NCBI GenBank assembly: GCA_016187025.1
Contig: JACPKM010000001.1
Span: 448,055-512,054 of the forward strand
DNA: 64,000 nt
Reading direction: 5' to 3'
Source: Candidatus Daviesbacteria bacterium
GTDB taxonomy: Bacteria; Patescibacteriota; Microgenomatia; Daviesbacterales; UBA10151
In this document: positions 9,560 through 20,136 of the stretch, one piece after another
How positions within the stretch are numbered: the first letter of the stretch is position 1
Layout: every line of letters starts with the position of its first letter
Position numbers and translations under genes: made by a program
Notes under the pieces: model-generated
Databases searched by the model: none
Told to the model about the DNA's origin: nothing
What the model saw: only the letters and a program-made list of their open reading frames with translations

Positions 9560-10303
9560 ATGGCAAATCCCAAACTTTCAATAATTTTTCCCTCTTATAA
9601 TGAAGAAAAAAATATCCGCAATGGAATTTTAGAAACTGTAGAAAATTACTTAAAAATGGTAGATTATCCATTCGAGGCGCTTTTTGTAGATGATGGTTCC
9701 AAGGATCAAACCGCTACCCTATTAAAAGAATTTGTAAAAAATAATAAAAATTACCGCTTGATTGAAAATAGCCATGGAGGGAAAGCTATAACTGTAATTA
9801 CCGGTATGTTAGAAGCCAAGGGGGAAGTGGCACTCTTTTCTGATATGGATCAGGCTACTCCTTTAAAAGAGATAGAAAAGTTTTTTCCAAGATTTGACGA
9901 AGGGTATGATATTGTGATTGGATCGAGGCATGGTAGAAAAGGCGCGCCTTTTATAAGAAAACTATCTGCCTGGGGTTTTTCAGTTTTGAGATTAATTATT
10001 TTGGGATTACCGTTTAAAGATACCCAATGTGGATTTAAAGCATTCAACAAATCATCCATTGAAAAACTTTTCCCAAAAATAAAACATGAATGGGGAGTAT
10101 TGCATACAAAAGGTGGGGCAGTGAATGCTGGTTTTGATGTGGAGCTACTATATCTTGCTAAAAAATATGGATTTAAGATTGCGGAGGTAGAGGTGGAATG
10201 GAATTATGTTGACACAGAGCGAGTGCAGGTTATCAAAGATGCCGCAGCTGCAATTTATGATATGCTAAGAATTAGAATAAACGATTTTTCTGGTAAATAT
10301 TAA
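9560..10303 (+). CDS. Dolichyl/polyprenyl-phosphate beta-glucosyltransferase-like GT2 (ALG5-like)
   Basis: PSYNEE, VDDGSKD, GGK, DMDQATP, IGSR, DTQCGFKAF, FDVELL, EV.V.W. Confidence 0.85.
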   Translation: MANPKLSIIFPSYNEEKNIRNGILETVENYLKMVDYPFEALFVDDGSKDQTATLLKEFVKNNKNYRLIENSHGGKAITVITGMLEAKGEVALFSDMDQATPLKEIEKFFPRFDEGYDIVIGSRHGRKGAPFIRKLSAWGFSVLRLIILGLPFKDTQCGFKAFNKSSIEKLFPKIKHEWGVLHTKGGAVNAGFDVELLYLAKKYGFKIAEVEVEWNYVDTERVQVIKDAAAAIYDMLRIRINDFSGKY

Positions 10304-10383
10304 CTTTTCTCAACTCCTGCACTTATTCCCATAACTACCCCCGTTGTAGAAACCAACCCATCTTGCAGACCAGCTGAACGTAA
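10300..10383 (-). pseudogene. VIT1/CCC1 family metal transporter N-terminal relic
   Basis: Minus-strand frame reads LRSAGLQDGLVSTTGVVMGISAGVEKS*, resembling the VIT1 TM1 motif G..DGLVS..G...G...G; no in-frame start upstream, truncated. Confidence 0.65.
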
Positions 10384-10425
10384 GCATAGCTTTCCTTTTT
10401 ATAAACAAAAACGTAAAATATTAGA

Positions 10426-11922
10426 GTGAAGTTGGTTTTCAAATACAAGACTGAAATCTTTGTTTTAGCAATACTTATTATCCTATATTTTGCCTTACGT
10501 TTGCCTAATTTAACTCTACAACCTATATTTGCGGATGAGGCAATCTATATCCGCTGGGCCCAGGTAATGAAATCAGAGCCTACTTTAAGGTTTGTCTCTC
10601 TTTCTGATGGGAAAACCCCATTTTTTATGTGGATGATGGTGCCGATGTTTAAAATCTTTGATGACCCACTTTTTGCCGGAAGATTCCTATCAGTTATTGC
10701 TGGACTCGGTACTCTCTTGGGAGTCTTTTTCCTGACCAGGAAAGTGTTTGGTAAACAAGCCGGTTACTGGTCGTCTCTAATATATGTTGTTACTCCATAT
10801 ACAGTGTTTTTTGACAGGATGGCTTTGGTTGATTCTATGCTTGCAGCATTTACTATTTGGTCTGTGTATTTTGCAATATGGCTTCTTCAATCGCAGCGAC
10901 TAGACTTGGCGATGATTCTGGGGTATTTTCTTGGAGGAGGGCTGCTTGTCAAAACTCCGGGAATGTTTAATCTTCTTGTTCTTCCTGTTAGCATCCTCGG
11001 GTTTAAATTTCAAAAGTCTTCAGGTAGTTTAGTAAAACTTTTGGTCTTTTGGAGTATTTCCTTAATTATTGGATTGGCAATTTATAATATTCTAAGGCTT
11101 GGCCCGGGGTTTGAACAGCTTTCTGCTAGAAACCAAGATTATGTTTTTTCTCCTAGTGAGCTTGTCGGAAGGCCGCTTGATCCATTCATACCACACTTAA
11201 GAGATCTCGCTGATTGGTACCCAAAACTATTAACCTGGTCTGGACTTACTTTCATATTTATTGGACTTTTTAAGTCACTAGTATCCAAGAATCGTTTAGG
11301 TTGGGTAGTGGTGGCTTGGGCCTTGGTACCGTTAATGATTCAACTGGCGTTTCTGAAAACTTTTACTGCAAGATATTTACTTTCATCAATTCCGCTGCTG
11401 ATAACTATAGGGGGTTTTGGTTTTGTTTATTTGAGTCAAAAGCTCAAACTATCATCGCTTTTTTCAATAGCTTTAGGTTTAATATTAATTCTGACTCAGA
11501 GTCTATACTTTGATTTAACCTTAATCAGTGATCCAGCTAAGGCTCCACTTCCAAGAGCAGAAAGAAGAGGCTATTTAGAAGACTGGACTGCAGGATATGG
11601 CCTCAAAGATATAGCACAATTTTTAGATGAAAAAAGTAAAGAAGATAAAGTGGTTGTTGGTACAGAAGGATTTTTTGGAACTTTGCCTGATGGACTATAT
11701 ATTTACTTGGACAAATCAGAGGTTGTCGTAATAGGGGGTAAATCTGCAATTTCAGAACAAATCAGGCAAACTGCAAAAGATAACTTGACTTATTTTGTTG
11801 GTAATAAAAAAAGAATTGAAGGTAACTTAAAAGATGTCGAGCTGGTGAGAGAATATCTAAAAGCAAAACCTTTGGATAATTCCCCACAGGATGCAATACA
11901 GCTTTATAAGGTAAATCCATAG
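10426..11922 (+). CDS. ArnT/PMT_2-like GT-C glycosyltransferase
   Basis: LRL..L...PIFADEAIY, GK.P.F.W, FDRMALVDS, K.PG, ARY; multi-TM; TAAAAT lies 6 nt before the GTG. Confidence 0.8.
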   Translation: MKLVFKYKTEIFVLAILIILYFALRLPNLTLQPIFADEAIYIRWAQVMKSEPTLRFVSLSDGKTPFFMWMMVPMFKIFDDPLFAGRFLSVIAGLGTLLGVFFLTRKVFGKQAGYWSSLIYVVTPYTVFFDRMALVDSMLAAFTIWSVYFAIWLLQSQRLDLAMILGYFLGGGLLVKTPGMFNLLVLPVSILGFKFQKSSGSLVKLLVFWSISLIIGLAIYNILRLGPGFEQLSARNQDYVFSPSELVGRPLDPFIPHLRDLADWYPKLLTWSGLTFIFIGLFKSLVSKNRLGWVVVAWALVPLMIQLAFLKTFTARYLLSSIPLLITIGGFGFVYLSQKLKLSSLFSIALGLILILTQSLYFDLTLISDPAKAPLPRAERRGYLEDWTAGYGLKDIAQFLDEKSKEDKVVVGTEGFFGTLPDGLYIYLDKSEVVVIGGKSAISEQIRQTAKDNLTYFVGNKKRIEGNLKDVELVREYLKAKPLDNSPQDAIQLYKVNP

Positions 11923-11936
11923 ATTCAATAAATAAA

Positions 11937-13646
11937 ATGCATGTTTTAAATCTTTTTAAAAAGACCATTATTAGATTTCCGTGGATTTTAGTAATTCTGT
12001 TTACGATCCCAAGTTTTATTGCCCTTTTAAGGCCTGGCTTTTTTCCAATGCAAGATGATTTGCAGGTGTTTAGATTGCACCAAATGGATAAATGCATCAA
12101 GGATTTACAGATTCCCTGCCGGTGGATTCCTGACATGGGGTATCAGTACGGCTATCCTCAATTTAACTTCTATAATCCAAGTGTGTTTTATCTAGGGGAG
12201 GTATTTCATTTGGCAGGTTTTCAATTTATTGACTCAGTAAAAATACTTTTTATACTAGGCCTTGTTTTATCAGCTATTTCAATGTTTCTTTTGCTGAGAT
12301 CTTTTGTAGATAATTTCCCTGCGCTGGTTGGATCGCTACTTTATACATATGCTCCATTTAAGGCAGCCCAAGCCTATGTCCGCGGATCATTAAATGAGCT
12401 TTGGAGTTTTGTTTTCTTTCCCTTAATATTTCTTTTTGCCTACCAATTAATAAAAACCAACAAAAGCAAATACATAATATATCTAGCCTCTTCAGTTGGG
12501 TTAATGCTTCTTACCCATAATTTAATGTCTGTTGTAATTGCCCCCTTGGCAGCAGTTTGGATTCTTAACTGGTTAGTTTTGGAAAAAGGCTGGAGAGTTT
12601 TACCTAAGCTTTTTGTAAGCTTGCTTTTGGGGCTAGGCTTGTCAGCCTTTTTTGTTTTACCAGTTATATTTGAAGGTAAATATGTTCACTTGGAAACACT
12701 GATTGGGGGATACTTTGATTATAGACAACACTTTGTAAATATTTACCAGCTATTTTTATCTAACTATTTTGGATACGGTTCATCAGTTTTTGGAAACAAT
12801 GATGAGGTGTCTTTATCAGTTGGAATTGTGCAATGGATTAGCGCAGCTATTACTTTGACTCTTGCATTGATCAATTTTAAAAAGAAAAAAAAGCTTTCAA
12901 TTACTGTAATTATAGTATTTCTCCTATCAGTTTTTACAATATTTTTGATGCATCAGCGCTCAAGTTTTATTTGGGAAAGATTAGAGTTTTTCAAATATTT
13001 CCAGTTCCCTTGGAGGTTTCTGGCGGGTAGTACGTTTTTATTATCGATTCTTGGAGCAATGGGTATAAGCTTTATAACAAATAAAAGATTGTCAGTTATT
13101 TACGGAGGACTAATTACAGTTTCTTTGGGCATTCTTTATTTAAGCTTTTTTAAACCGGTAAGTTGGAATAATGTGTCTGATCAAGATAAATTTAGCGGAC
13201 AATCTTGGGAAAAGCAGTTAACAATAAGCATTTTTGACTACTTACCAATTTATGCCAAGCTACCTCCTAATAAGAAAGCGCCAGAGCGACCAGAAGTATT
13301 AGAAGGTGATGTTAAGGTTATAAGCTATTTTAAAGGCAGTAATTACCAAGAAGGTGAAGTAGAAGTGGTAGGTAATGAAGCAGTTATCAGAGTTCCTTTG
13401 TTTGATTTTCCTGGGATGAAAGTTACATCAAACAATAAACAAATACCCCACTGGCATAATGATTGCAGGTTTGAAGAATACTGTTTGGGTTTGATAACTT
13501 TTAAATTACCTGAAGGAAATCATAAAATAAAAGCTGAGCTAGGAGATACATTAATCAGAACAATAGGGAACACCATTTCCCTATTTTCATTTTTGACTAT
13601 AATTTCTTTCCTAACCAAAAGAGTATATGAGAAAACAACTAATTAA
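11937..13646 (+). CDS. GT-C-like membrane protein (PTPS_related/YfhO-like), paralog 1 of 4
   Basis: QDDLQVFR..MDKC..DLQIPCRWIPDMG..YGYP.FNFY, YVRG..NE, THN, QFPWRF, DYLP, FDFPG. Confidence 0.75.
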   Translation: MHVLNLFKKTIIRFPWILVILFTIPSFIALLRPGFFPMQDDLQVFRLHQMDKCIKDLQIPCRWIPDMGYQYGYPQFNFYNPSVFYLGEVFHLAGFQFIDSVKILFILGLVLSAISMFLLLRSFVDNFPALVGSLLYTYAPFKAAQAYVRGSLNELWSFVFFPLIFLFAYQLIKTNKSKYIIYLASSVGLMLLTHNLMSVVIAPLAAVWILNWLVLEKGWRVLPKLFVSLLLGLGLSAFFVLPVIFEGKYVHLETLIGGYFDYRQHFVNIYQLFLSNYFGYGSSVFGNNDEVSLSVGIVQWISAAITLTLALINFKKKKKLSITVIIVFLLSVFTIFLMHQRSSFIWERLEFFKYFQFPWRFLAGSTFLLSILGAMGISFITNKRLSVIYGGLITVSLGILYLSFFKPVSWNNVSDQDKFSGQSWEKQLTISIFDYLPIYAKLPPNKKAPERPEVLEGDVKVISYFKGSNYQEGEVEVVGNEAVIRVPLFDFPGMKVTSNNKQIPHWHNDCRFEEYCLGLITFKLPEGNHKIKAELGDTLIRTIGNTISLFSFLTIISFLTKRVYEKTTN

Positions 13647-15297
13647 TAATTGGCAGGTTTTGACAATAATTGCTCTTTCAATGCTTATTGTTTGGCCGCT
13701 ATTTTTACCTGGGTATTTTACTCATCATGATGATTTACAAGTCATGAGGATATTTGAAATGAGAAAGTGTTTAGAGGACTTACAAATTCCTTGTAGATGG
13801 GTACCTGATATGGGTTATGGTAATGGTTTTCCGCTTTTTAATTATTACAGTGTCCTTCCTTATTATTTAGGGGCATTTTTTAGCTTTATTTTTGGTTACT
13901 TAATTTCAGCAAAAATACTATTTTTAGTTCCTTTGCTACTGGGTGGAGTATCAATGTATCTGTTTGCCAAGGAGATTTTTAACAAAGAGGTAGGGTTGGC
14001 AGTTGGGATAATTTATTCTTTTGCTCCGTACAGGGCAGTAGATAGCTATGTCAGAGGGGCTGTGGCAGAAAGCTTTGCACTGGCTATAATCCCTTTAGTA
14101 TTTTATTTTTTCTCAAGACTTATTAAAGAAAAAGGGTATTTAAACTTTTTAGGAGCGACACTTTCTCTTACTGCTTTTCTTATGTCTCATAATATAATGA
14201 CACTTTTTTTCCTGCCTATTTTACTTGTATGGATTCTAATATTAATTTTCCACAATAATGAACAGAGTTTTTATTCGAAGAAAAACTTTAAGTTTGTATT
14301 TCTTAGTTTAATACTAAGTATTGGTCTTTCTTCATTTTTTCTTCTTCCAGCCTTTCTAGAAAAAGATTTAGTTGAAATTGATACTTTAACCCGGTTTGAT
14401 CTAAACTTTAGGGTCCATTTCATTTCTATTGGACAGTTATTTGAAAGGTCGTGGGGGTATGGTGCATCAGTTTTAGGGCCAAATGATTCTATTTCATTTC
14501 AAATTGGCCTGCCTCTCTGGATATTGTCTGCTGTTTCAATTATCTGGTTTGTCCTTAACTTGACTAAAAGAAAAAATTTACTTGTCTATACCCTATTTTA
14601 CTTAAGTTTTATTGGATCAGTTTTTATGATGCATAACAAATCAGCTTTTATTTGGGAAAAGATTTCTCTTCTGCATTTTGCACAGTTTCCGTGGAGGTTT
14701 TTATCAATTACTATTTTTTCAGGAGCCATTCTTTCAGGGTTTGCTTTAACTATTTTTAAAGGAAGAGTCCAAAAAGTTATACTTTTTACAATTATTGTTT
14801 TGACAGTCTTTCTAAATTGGGGCTATTTTAAACCAAATAGTTTTTATCCTACCTCTGATCAAAAGAAGTTATCTGGTAAGGAATGGGAGAATCAACAAAA
14901 GGCTGCGATTTTTGATTATTTACCAAAGGGAGCAATAGATCCGCAAGAGGCAGCACCTGATAAACCGATTGTTTTATCAGGAGAAGTGAAGATAGAAAAT
15001 TTTCAAAAAAAGAGCAATAGATGGGAATTTATGGCTGAGGTAAACAAGGAGTCTAAGCTTGAAATGCCTGTTTTTGATTTTCCGGATTGGGAAGTTTTTA
15101 TAGACAGTAAAAAAATAAACCATGAAAAAAGCCCGCTTTTAAAAAGAGTAGCCTTCAGCGTTCCAGAAGGGGAGCATAAGATAAAAGGATACCTAAAAGA
15201 TACACCGGTAAGAAGTTTTGCCAATGCAACAACCCTTTTGTCGCTGATTGTTTTACTATTTTTAGTTTATGGAAAAGGTCGAAAAGTTTTTAATTAA
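13627..15297 (+). CDS. GT-C-like membrane protein (PTPS_related/YfhO-like), paralog 2 of 4
   Basis: HDDLQVMR, PCRWVPDMGYGNGFPLFNYY, YVRGAVAE, SHN, QFPWRF, DYLP. Confidence 0.75.
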   Translation: MRKQLINNWQVLTIIALSMLIVWPLFLPGYFTHHDDLQVMRIFEMRKCLEDLQIPCRWVPDMGYGNGFPLFNYYSVLPYYLGAFFSFIFGYLISAKILFLVPLLLGGVSMYLFAKEIFNKEVGLAVGIIYSFAPYRAVDSYVRGAVAESFALAIIPLVFYFFSRLIKEKGYLNFLGATLSLTAFLMSHNIMTLFFLPILLVWILILIFHNNEQSFYSKKNFKFVFLSLILSIGLSSFFLLPAFLEKDLVEIDTLTRFDLNFRVHFISIGQLFERSWGYGASVLGPNDSISFQIGLPLWILSAVSIIWFVLNLTKRKNLLVYTLFYLSFIGSVFMMHNKSAFIWEKISLLHFAQFPWRFLSITIFSGAILSGFALTIFKGRVQKVILFTIIVLTVFLNWGYFKPNSFYPTSDQKKLSGKEWENQQKAAIFDYLPKGAIDPQEAAPDKPIVLSGEVKIENFQKKSNRWEFMAEVNKESKLEMPVFDFPDWEVFIDSKKINHEKSPLLKRVAFSVPEGEHKIKGYLKDTPVRSFANATTLLSLIVLLFLVYGKGRKVFN

Positions 15298-16945
15298 ATA
15301 TAGATTTTTTGTTATTTCGGTACTTCTTGCTCCGGCTGTATGGGCTTTGTTCGTTCCTGGCTACTACGGTGCCTCAGATGATATTCATATAGCATGGCTT
15401 TATGAAATGGACCAAGTAATAAAGCTAGGACAATTTCCTCCAAGGTATGTTCCGGATTTAAGCTTTGGGTTTGGTTATCCTTTGTTTTCTTTTGTTTTTC
15501 CGCTACCGTTTTACATAGCAGAGATTGTTCATCTTATTTCTAGACTAAGCTTTGTTGATAGTGTAAAGTCTGTTTTTTTCCTCAGTGTTCCCCTTTCGTT
15601 TTTTACAATGTATTTGCTTCTTAAAAGGTTTTCCTCTCAGCTTTTATCAATTGCTGGAGCGCTTGTTTATGTCTACACACCTTACAGAGCAACTGATCTT
15701 TATGTTAGGGGAGCTATAGGGGAATTGTTTTCTTTTGCAGTTTTGCCAATTGTTGCCCTATCAGTAATTAAGTTATCAGGTTATAAGTTTAACTTAAAAT
15801 GGATTGGAATTGGCGGATTATCACTTAGTGCACTGATTCTTACTCATAATATTACAGCGTATATGTTTTACCCAACCGTTATTTTGTTATGGTTGGTGTT
15901 ATTGCTAGCAAGCAGAAGAGACCTTGCAAAAAAAGTATTGCAGTTTTTCTTGATGAATTTACTAGGTTTGGCGGGAAGTATTTACTTTTGGCTTCCGGCG
16001 ATAATTGAAAGTAAATTATTTAAGTACGATACCGTATTTAATTTCACCGATCATTTTCCGACCCTTAAACAGTTATTCACACCTTATTTTGGATACGGAG
16101 CATCAGTACCTGGGCCTTTTGATGGATTATCTTTTTTCATAGGATTTATAAATATATTATTAGTAATCACTGCGTTTTTATCAGTTTTCTTATACAGAAA
16201 AAAATATTCAAAGACCGAGTTTGCTTTTTTTGGTTGGCTGATGGTAATACTTTTAATGACTGTTTTTATGATGAATTTTAGATCCACTTTTGTTTGGGAA
16301 AATGTCCCGCTGATTCCCTATTTCCAGTTTCCCTGGAGGTTTTTAATTTTAACCACCTTTATCACCCCACTTTTTATTATCTTTCTTGAGAAAAGCGAGT
16401 ATAAAAACATACTGGCGATTCTTATTATAATTTCTGTAGTTTCACTCAATGGAGTCTATTTTAGACCTCATGATTTTTTGGGAAGAGAAGACAGTTATTT
16501 TTTAGATAGATACATTCCTTATCCCAAGGCAAGTGAGGAGTACAAAAAAACTCAAGAGGAGTATTTGCGTTTACCAAAAGATTTAATTAAAAGACCAGAC
16601 CAAAATTACCCTCTAACATTTCCTGTTACTGAGCAAATTATTCAGATTAATCCATTTAACAGATTAGCAGGTGAGACTAAGGTTAAAGCCGATAAAGACT
16701 TTATTCTATATTTTAACAAGTACTATTATCCGGGATGGCAGGTAAAAATCGATAAGCAAAAGACTGAGATATTTTCCAGTCCTCCTTTTGGGCAAGTTAG
16801 TGTTAAAATACCCTCTGGCGAGCATTTAGTGGAGATTTTATTTAAAGAAACCGTACTTAGGCAGTCGTTGAATCTTGTTTCTTTGCTGGCTATCATACTT
16901 TCCCTATCGCTTACATTTCAGACTAGACTCAAAGAAAATGAATAA
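15269..16945 (+). CDS. GT-C-like membrane protein (PTPS_related/YfhO-like), paralog 3 of 4
   Basis: SDDIHIAW, PPRYVPDLSFGFGYPLF, YVRGAIGE, THN, QFPWRF, YYPGW. Confidence 0.75.
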   Translation: MEKVEKFLIKYRFFVISVLLAPAVWALFVPGYYGASDDIHIAWLYEMDQVIKLGQFPPRYVPDLSFGFGYPLFSFVFPLPFYIAEIVHLISRLSFVDSVKSVFFLSVPLSFFTMYLLLKRFSSQLLSIAGALVYVYTPYRATDLYVRGAIGELFSFAVLPIVALSVIKLSGYKFNLKWIGIGGLSLSALILTHNITAYMFYPTVILLWLVLLLASRRDLAKKVLQFFLMNLLGLAGSIYFWLPAIIESKLFKYDTVFNFTDHFPTLKQLFTPYFGYGASVPGPFDGLSFFIGFINILLVITAFLSVFLYRKKYSKTEFAFFGWLMVILLMTVFMMNFRSTFVWENVPLIPYFQFPWRFLILTTFITPLFIIFLEKSEYKNILAILIIISVVSLNGVYFRPHDFLGREDSYFLDRYIPYPKASEEYKKTQEEYLRLPKDLIKRPDQNYPLTFPVTEQIIQINPFNRLAGETKVKADKDFILYFNKYYYPGWQVKIDKQKTEIFSSPPFGQVSVKIPSGEHLVEILFKETVLRQSLNLVSLLAIILSLSLTFQTRLKENE

Positions 16946-18650
16946 CTTAATTAAGCTGGTAAAAAAGCCTGTAGCAATAACTTTTATATTATCAATTGCT
17001 CTACTGTGGCCGCTTTTTGTCGCACCTTACTTTACCCATCATGATGATGTGCAAGTTATTAGGCTATATGAGATGGACAAATGCATTAAAGATTTACAAA
17101 TCCCCTGTCGTTGGGTACCAGATTTGGGAGGACAATACGGCTATCCTCTTTTTAACTATTATGCACCTTTACCTTACTACGTCGGAGAAATATTTTTCTT
17201 ACTAACAAATAATTTGATTTTATCAATGAAGGTAATGTTTGTTATACCATTTATTGCCTCATTTATTTTCATGTATTTACTGGCAAAAAAGTTTTGGGGT
17301 GAGTTAGGTGCAAGTGTATCGGCCCTTTTTTACTCTTATGCTCCCTATCATGCACTTGATTTTTATGTCAGGGGAGCAATGGGAGAGTTATGGGCACTGA
17401 TGGCATTCCCAGCAATATTTTATTCCCTTTTTAAGCTATTTGAGAAAAAATCTATTGGTAATATCCTTTTTTTAACACTATCTTTCTCTGTACTTTTACT
17501 CTCTCATAATTTGTCTACAATGATATTTATACCCTTTGTGGCAATATTTACTATTTTTTTGTATCTGTTCAAAAGAGATAATTTTTTTGTTTTATCGATT
17601 CTTGCATCTTTTACTCTCGCAATTGTTTTATCATCTTTTTACTTTATACCTGTAATAGCTGAGAAAGACTTTGTTCATGTTGATACAACAACCTATGGAT
17701 ATTTTCATTATACTGAGCACTTTAAAGGATTTAAAAAGCTATTTTTGGATAGAAGCTGGGGTTGGGGACAATCAGTTAGGGAAGTGCCAGGAGGAGAAAG
17801 AGATGGGATATCTTTTCAAATTGGTTGGGTGCATGTTCTTGCTTGGGTAATTTCTCTATTTGTTGCCAAAAGATTGTGGAGCAGTAAAACTAACAAGCTG
17901 GCTGTTGCTACAATAATTTTAACCACTATTGGAATTATGTTTGCTATTTTTATGGTGAATCCTAGATCGGAGCCTATATGGAAGGCTATACCTCCTTTGG
18001 AGTTTTTGCAGTTTCCCTGGAGGTTTTTGATTTTAATAACATTTTTTATCTCATTTCTGTCAGGAAGTATCTTTTTGCTGACTCGCAGCAAAAAGATATG
18101 GTTACTTTTAATGGTAGCTGTTGCACTTTTTAACTTTAGCTATTTCAGGCCTGAAAAATTTATCTACACCAGTAACCAAGAGCTTTTGCAAGGAAGTAAT
18201 TGGAACAAGCAAATTATGCGTTCCATATTTGATTTTTTGCCAATTTATGCAAAAGAGCCTCCCGCCACACTTGCTGAATCTAACTACCAAATTTTAACCG
18301 GGGAAGCAAGTATAAAAGATTTTAATAAAGGCACAAATTGGTTTAACTTTAATGCCGATGTTAAAACGCATACTATTCTCAGGCTTTCTCAGTATTATTT
18401 TCCGGAATGGATTATTAAAATAGATGGACAGGTGGCCAATATAGAGTATAAGAATAATACTTTAGGTTTAATGACTCTTATTTTGGGAGAGGGAGAGTAC
18501 AGAATAGAAGGTAGGTTATTTGATACTCCTGTTCGTATACTATCAAACTGGCTAAGCTTAATCGGGTTTGTTGTAATATTGATTCTATTTCCCCTACAAT
18601 TTAAACGGATTCAAATTTGGATTATGTATTATTTAAAAAGAGCAGGATAA
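16938..18650 (+). CDS. GT-C-like membrane protein (PTPS_related/YfhO-like), paralog 4 of 4
   Basis: HDDVQVIR, PCRWVPDLGGQYGYPLFNYY, YVRGAMGE, SHN, QFPWRF; ATG 16938 overlaps previous gene end. Confidence 0.75.
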   Translation: MNNLIKLVKKPVAITFILSIALLWPLFVAPYFTHHDDVQVIRLYEMDKCIKDLQIPCRWVPDLGGQYGYPLFNYYAPLPYYVGEIFFLLTNNLILSMKVMFVIPFIASFIFMYLLAKKFWGELGASVSALFYSYAPYHALDFYVRGAMGELWALMAFPAIFYSLFKLFEKKSIGNILFLTLSFSVLLLSHNLSTMIFIPFVAIFTIFLYLFKRDNFFVLSILASFTLAIVLSSFYFIPVIAEKDFVHVDTTTYGYFHYTEHFKGFKKLFLDRSWGWGQSVREVPGGERDGISFQIGWVHVLAWVISLFVAKRLWSSKTNKLAVATIILTTIGIMFAIFMVNPRSEPIWKAIPPLEFLQFPWRFLILITFFISFLSGSIFLLTRSKKIWLLLMVAVALFNFSYFRPEKFIYTSNQELLQGSNWNKQIMRSIFDFLPIYAKEPPATLAESNYQILTGEASIKDFNKGTNWFNFNADVKTHTILRLSQYYFPEWIIKIDGQVANIEYKNNTLGLMTLILGEGEYRIEGRLFDTPVRILSNWLSLIGFVVILILFPLQFKRIQIWIMYYLKRAG

Positions 18651-18651
18651 T

Positions 18652-20136
18652 ATGTCATTTAACAGCAGCGATGGTGAAATAACTTACGAAAAGATAAAAG
18701 AAAGAGCCATTAAAGGTGTGGCTTTTTTGACCGGACGCAATTTTTTGCTTCAAGCTATTACCCAGATTTCATTTTTTCTTCTAACTATTTTTCTAAGCCC
18801 TAGTCAGTTTGGTGTATTTTTCTTAGTATCTACAGTAATTAACTTCTTTGCTTACTTTTCTGATATTGGCTTGGCAGCAGCTTTAATACAAAGAAAAGAT
18901 AAAGTTGCACAAGATGACCTTAAAACAGTTTTTACAGTGCAGCAGGTTTTAGTCTTACTGACAATTGCCATAATATTTATACTGACTCCTTTTTTTCAGA
19001 ACTGGTACAAACTTTCTCAAGAGGGAGTTTATCTTATTTGGGCTCTTGCCATATCTTTGCTTTTTTCTTCTTTGAAGACAATCCCTACTGTACTGCTAGA
19101 AAGACAACTTAGTTTTGGTAAATCAGTTCTACCTCAGATCGTTGAAACAATTGCATTTTATGCAACTGCTGTTGTGTTAGCTTTTAAAGGGTTTGGCGTT
19201 ACCAGTTTTACAGTAGCTGTTTTACTAAGAGGGATTTCAGGACTGTTATCTATATATCTTATACAACCTTGGCAACCAGGATTTGCCATTTCCAAAAAAT
19301 CTTTGCAAAGTCTTCTTAGATTTGGTGTACCTTATCAGCTGAATACTTTCCTGGCTTTAGTTAAAGATGATGGTCTGATCATGTTTTTGGGCGGAGTTTT
19401 GGGGACCTCAGGGATGGGGTTTTTAGGATGGGCTCAAAAATGGGGTTTTGCCCCTTTAAGATTTTTTATGGATCAAATTATCAAAGTCACATTTCCTGCA
19501 TTTTCCAGGCTTCAACATGATAAAGAAAAGTTATCAAATGCAGTGTCAAAGTCCATCTTGTTTGTTTCTTTAATGGTTTTTCCATCAGTTGTGGGTTTGG
19601 TAGTTTTGGCACCTCTTTTAACAACAGTTATCCCCAAGTATGAAAAATGGCAGCCTGCATTAGTAGCACTTTCTCTTTTTGGTTTTAATGCAATGTGGGC
19701 GGCAGTAACCACCCCTTTAACAAATACTTTAAATGCAATTGGAAAGATTCAGTTAACCTTTAGACTGATGATGATGTGGACAATATTAACATGGGTTTTT
19801 ATTCCGCTTCTGGCAATTAATTATGGTATTAACGGCGCAGCTTTAGGTTTTGCTTTAGTAGGTTTGAGTTCTGTGATAGCAATAGCTGTTGCATTAAAAT
19901 ATGTAGAAATTGATTTAACAAAATCAGTTATCAAACCCCTGATTTCATCTTTGGTCATGGGTATAGTTTTGTTTTATGTTTCTAGCATGCTTTCGCCTAC
20001 ACTGTTGAGTGTATTTATTCTACTTGCTTTAGGGATTGTTATTTATATATTGCAGATCTTACTTTTTCTAAGAGACGAGGTTGCACAGGGCCTTAGACAG
20101 CTAATTAATATTATTAAAGTTAAGGAAGTTAGTTGA
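18652..20136 (+). CDS. wzx: Wzx/MOP-family oligosaccharide flippase
   Basis: About 14 TM; LSPSQFG, SDIGLAAALIQR, LERQLSF, FG, VTFPAFSRLQ (WzxC-like). Confidence 0.85.
   Translation: MSFNSSDGEITYEKIKERAIKGVAFLTGRNFLLQAITQISFFLLTIFLSPSQFGVFFLVSTVINFFAYFSDIGLAAALIQRKDKVAQDDLKTVFTVQQVLVLLTIAIIFILTPFFQNWYKLSQEGVYLIWALAISLLFSSLKTIPTVLLERQLSFGKSVLPQIVETIAFYATAVVLAFKGFGVTSFTVAVLLRGISGLLSIYLIQPWQPGFAISKKSLQSLLRFGVPYQLNTFLALVKDDGLIMFLGGVLGTSGMGFLGWAQKWGFAPLRFFMDQIIKVTFPAFSRLQHDKEKLSNAVSKSILFVSLMVFPSVVGLVVLAPLLTTVIPKYEKWQPALVALSLFGFNAMWAAVTTPLTNTLNAIGKIQLTFRLMMMWTILTWVFIPLLAINYGINGAALGFALVGLSSVIAIAVALKYVEIDLTKSVIKPLISSLVMGIVLFYVSSMLSPTLLSVFILLALGIVIYILQILLFLRDEVAQGLRQLINIIKVKEVS

Noticed and set aside
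11937-18650. Pterin biosynthesis role implied by the PTPS_related family name
   Set aside because: No T-fold QueD/PTPS motifs; the proteins are multi-TM and sit in a glycan locus.
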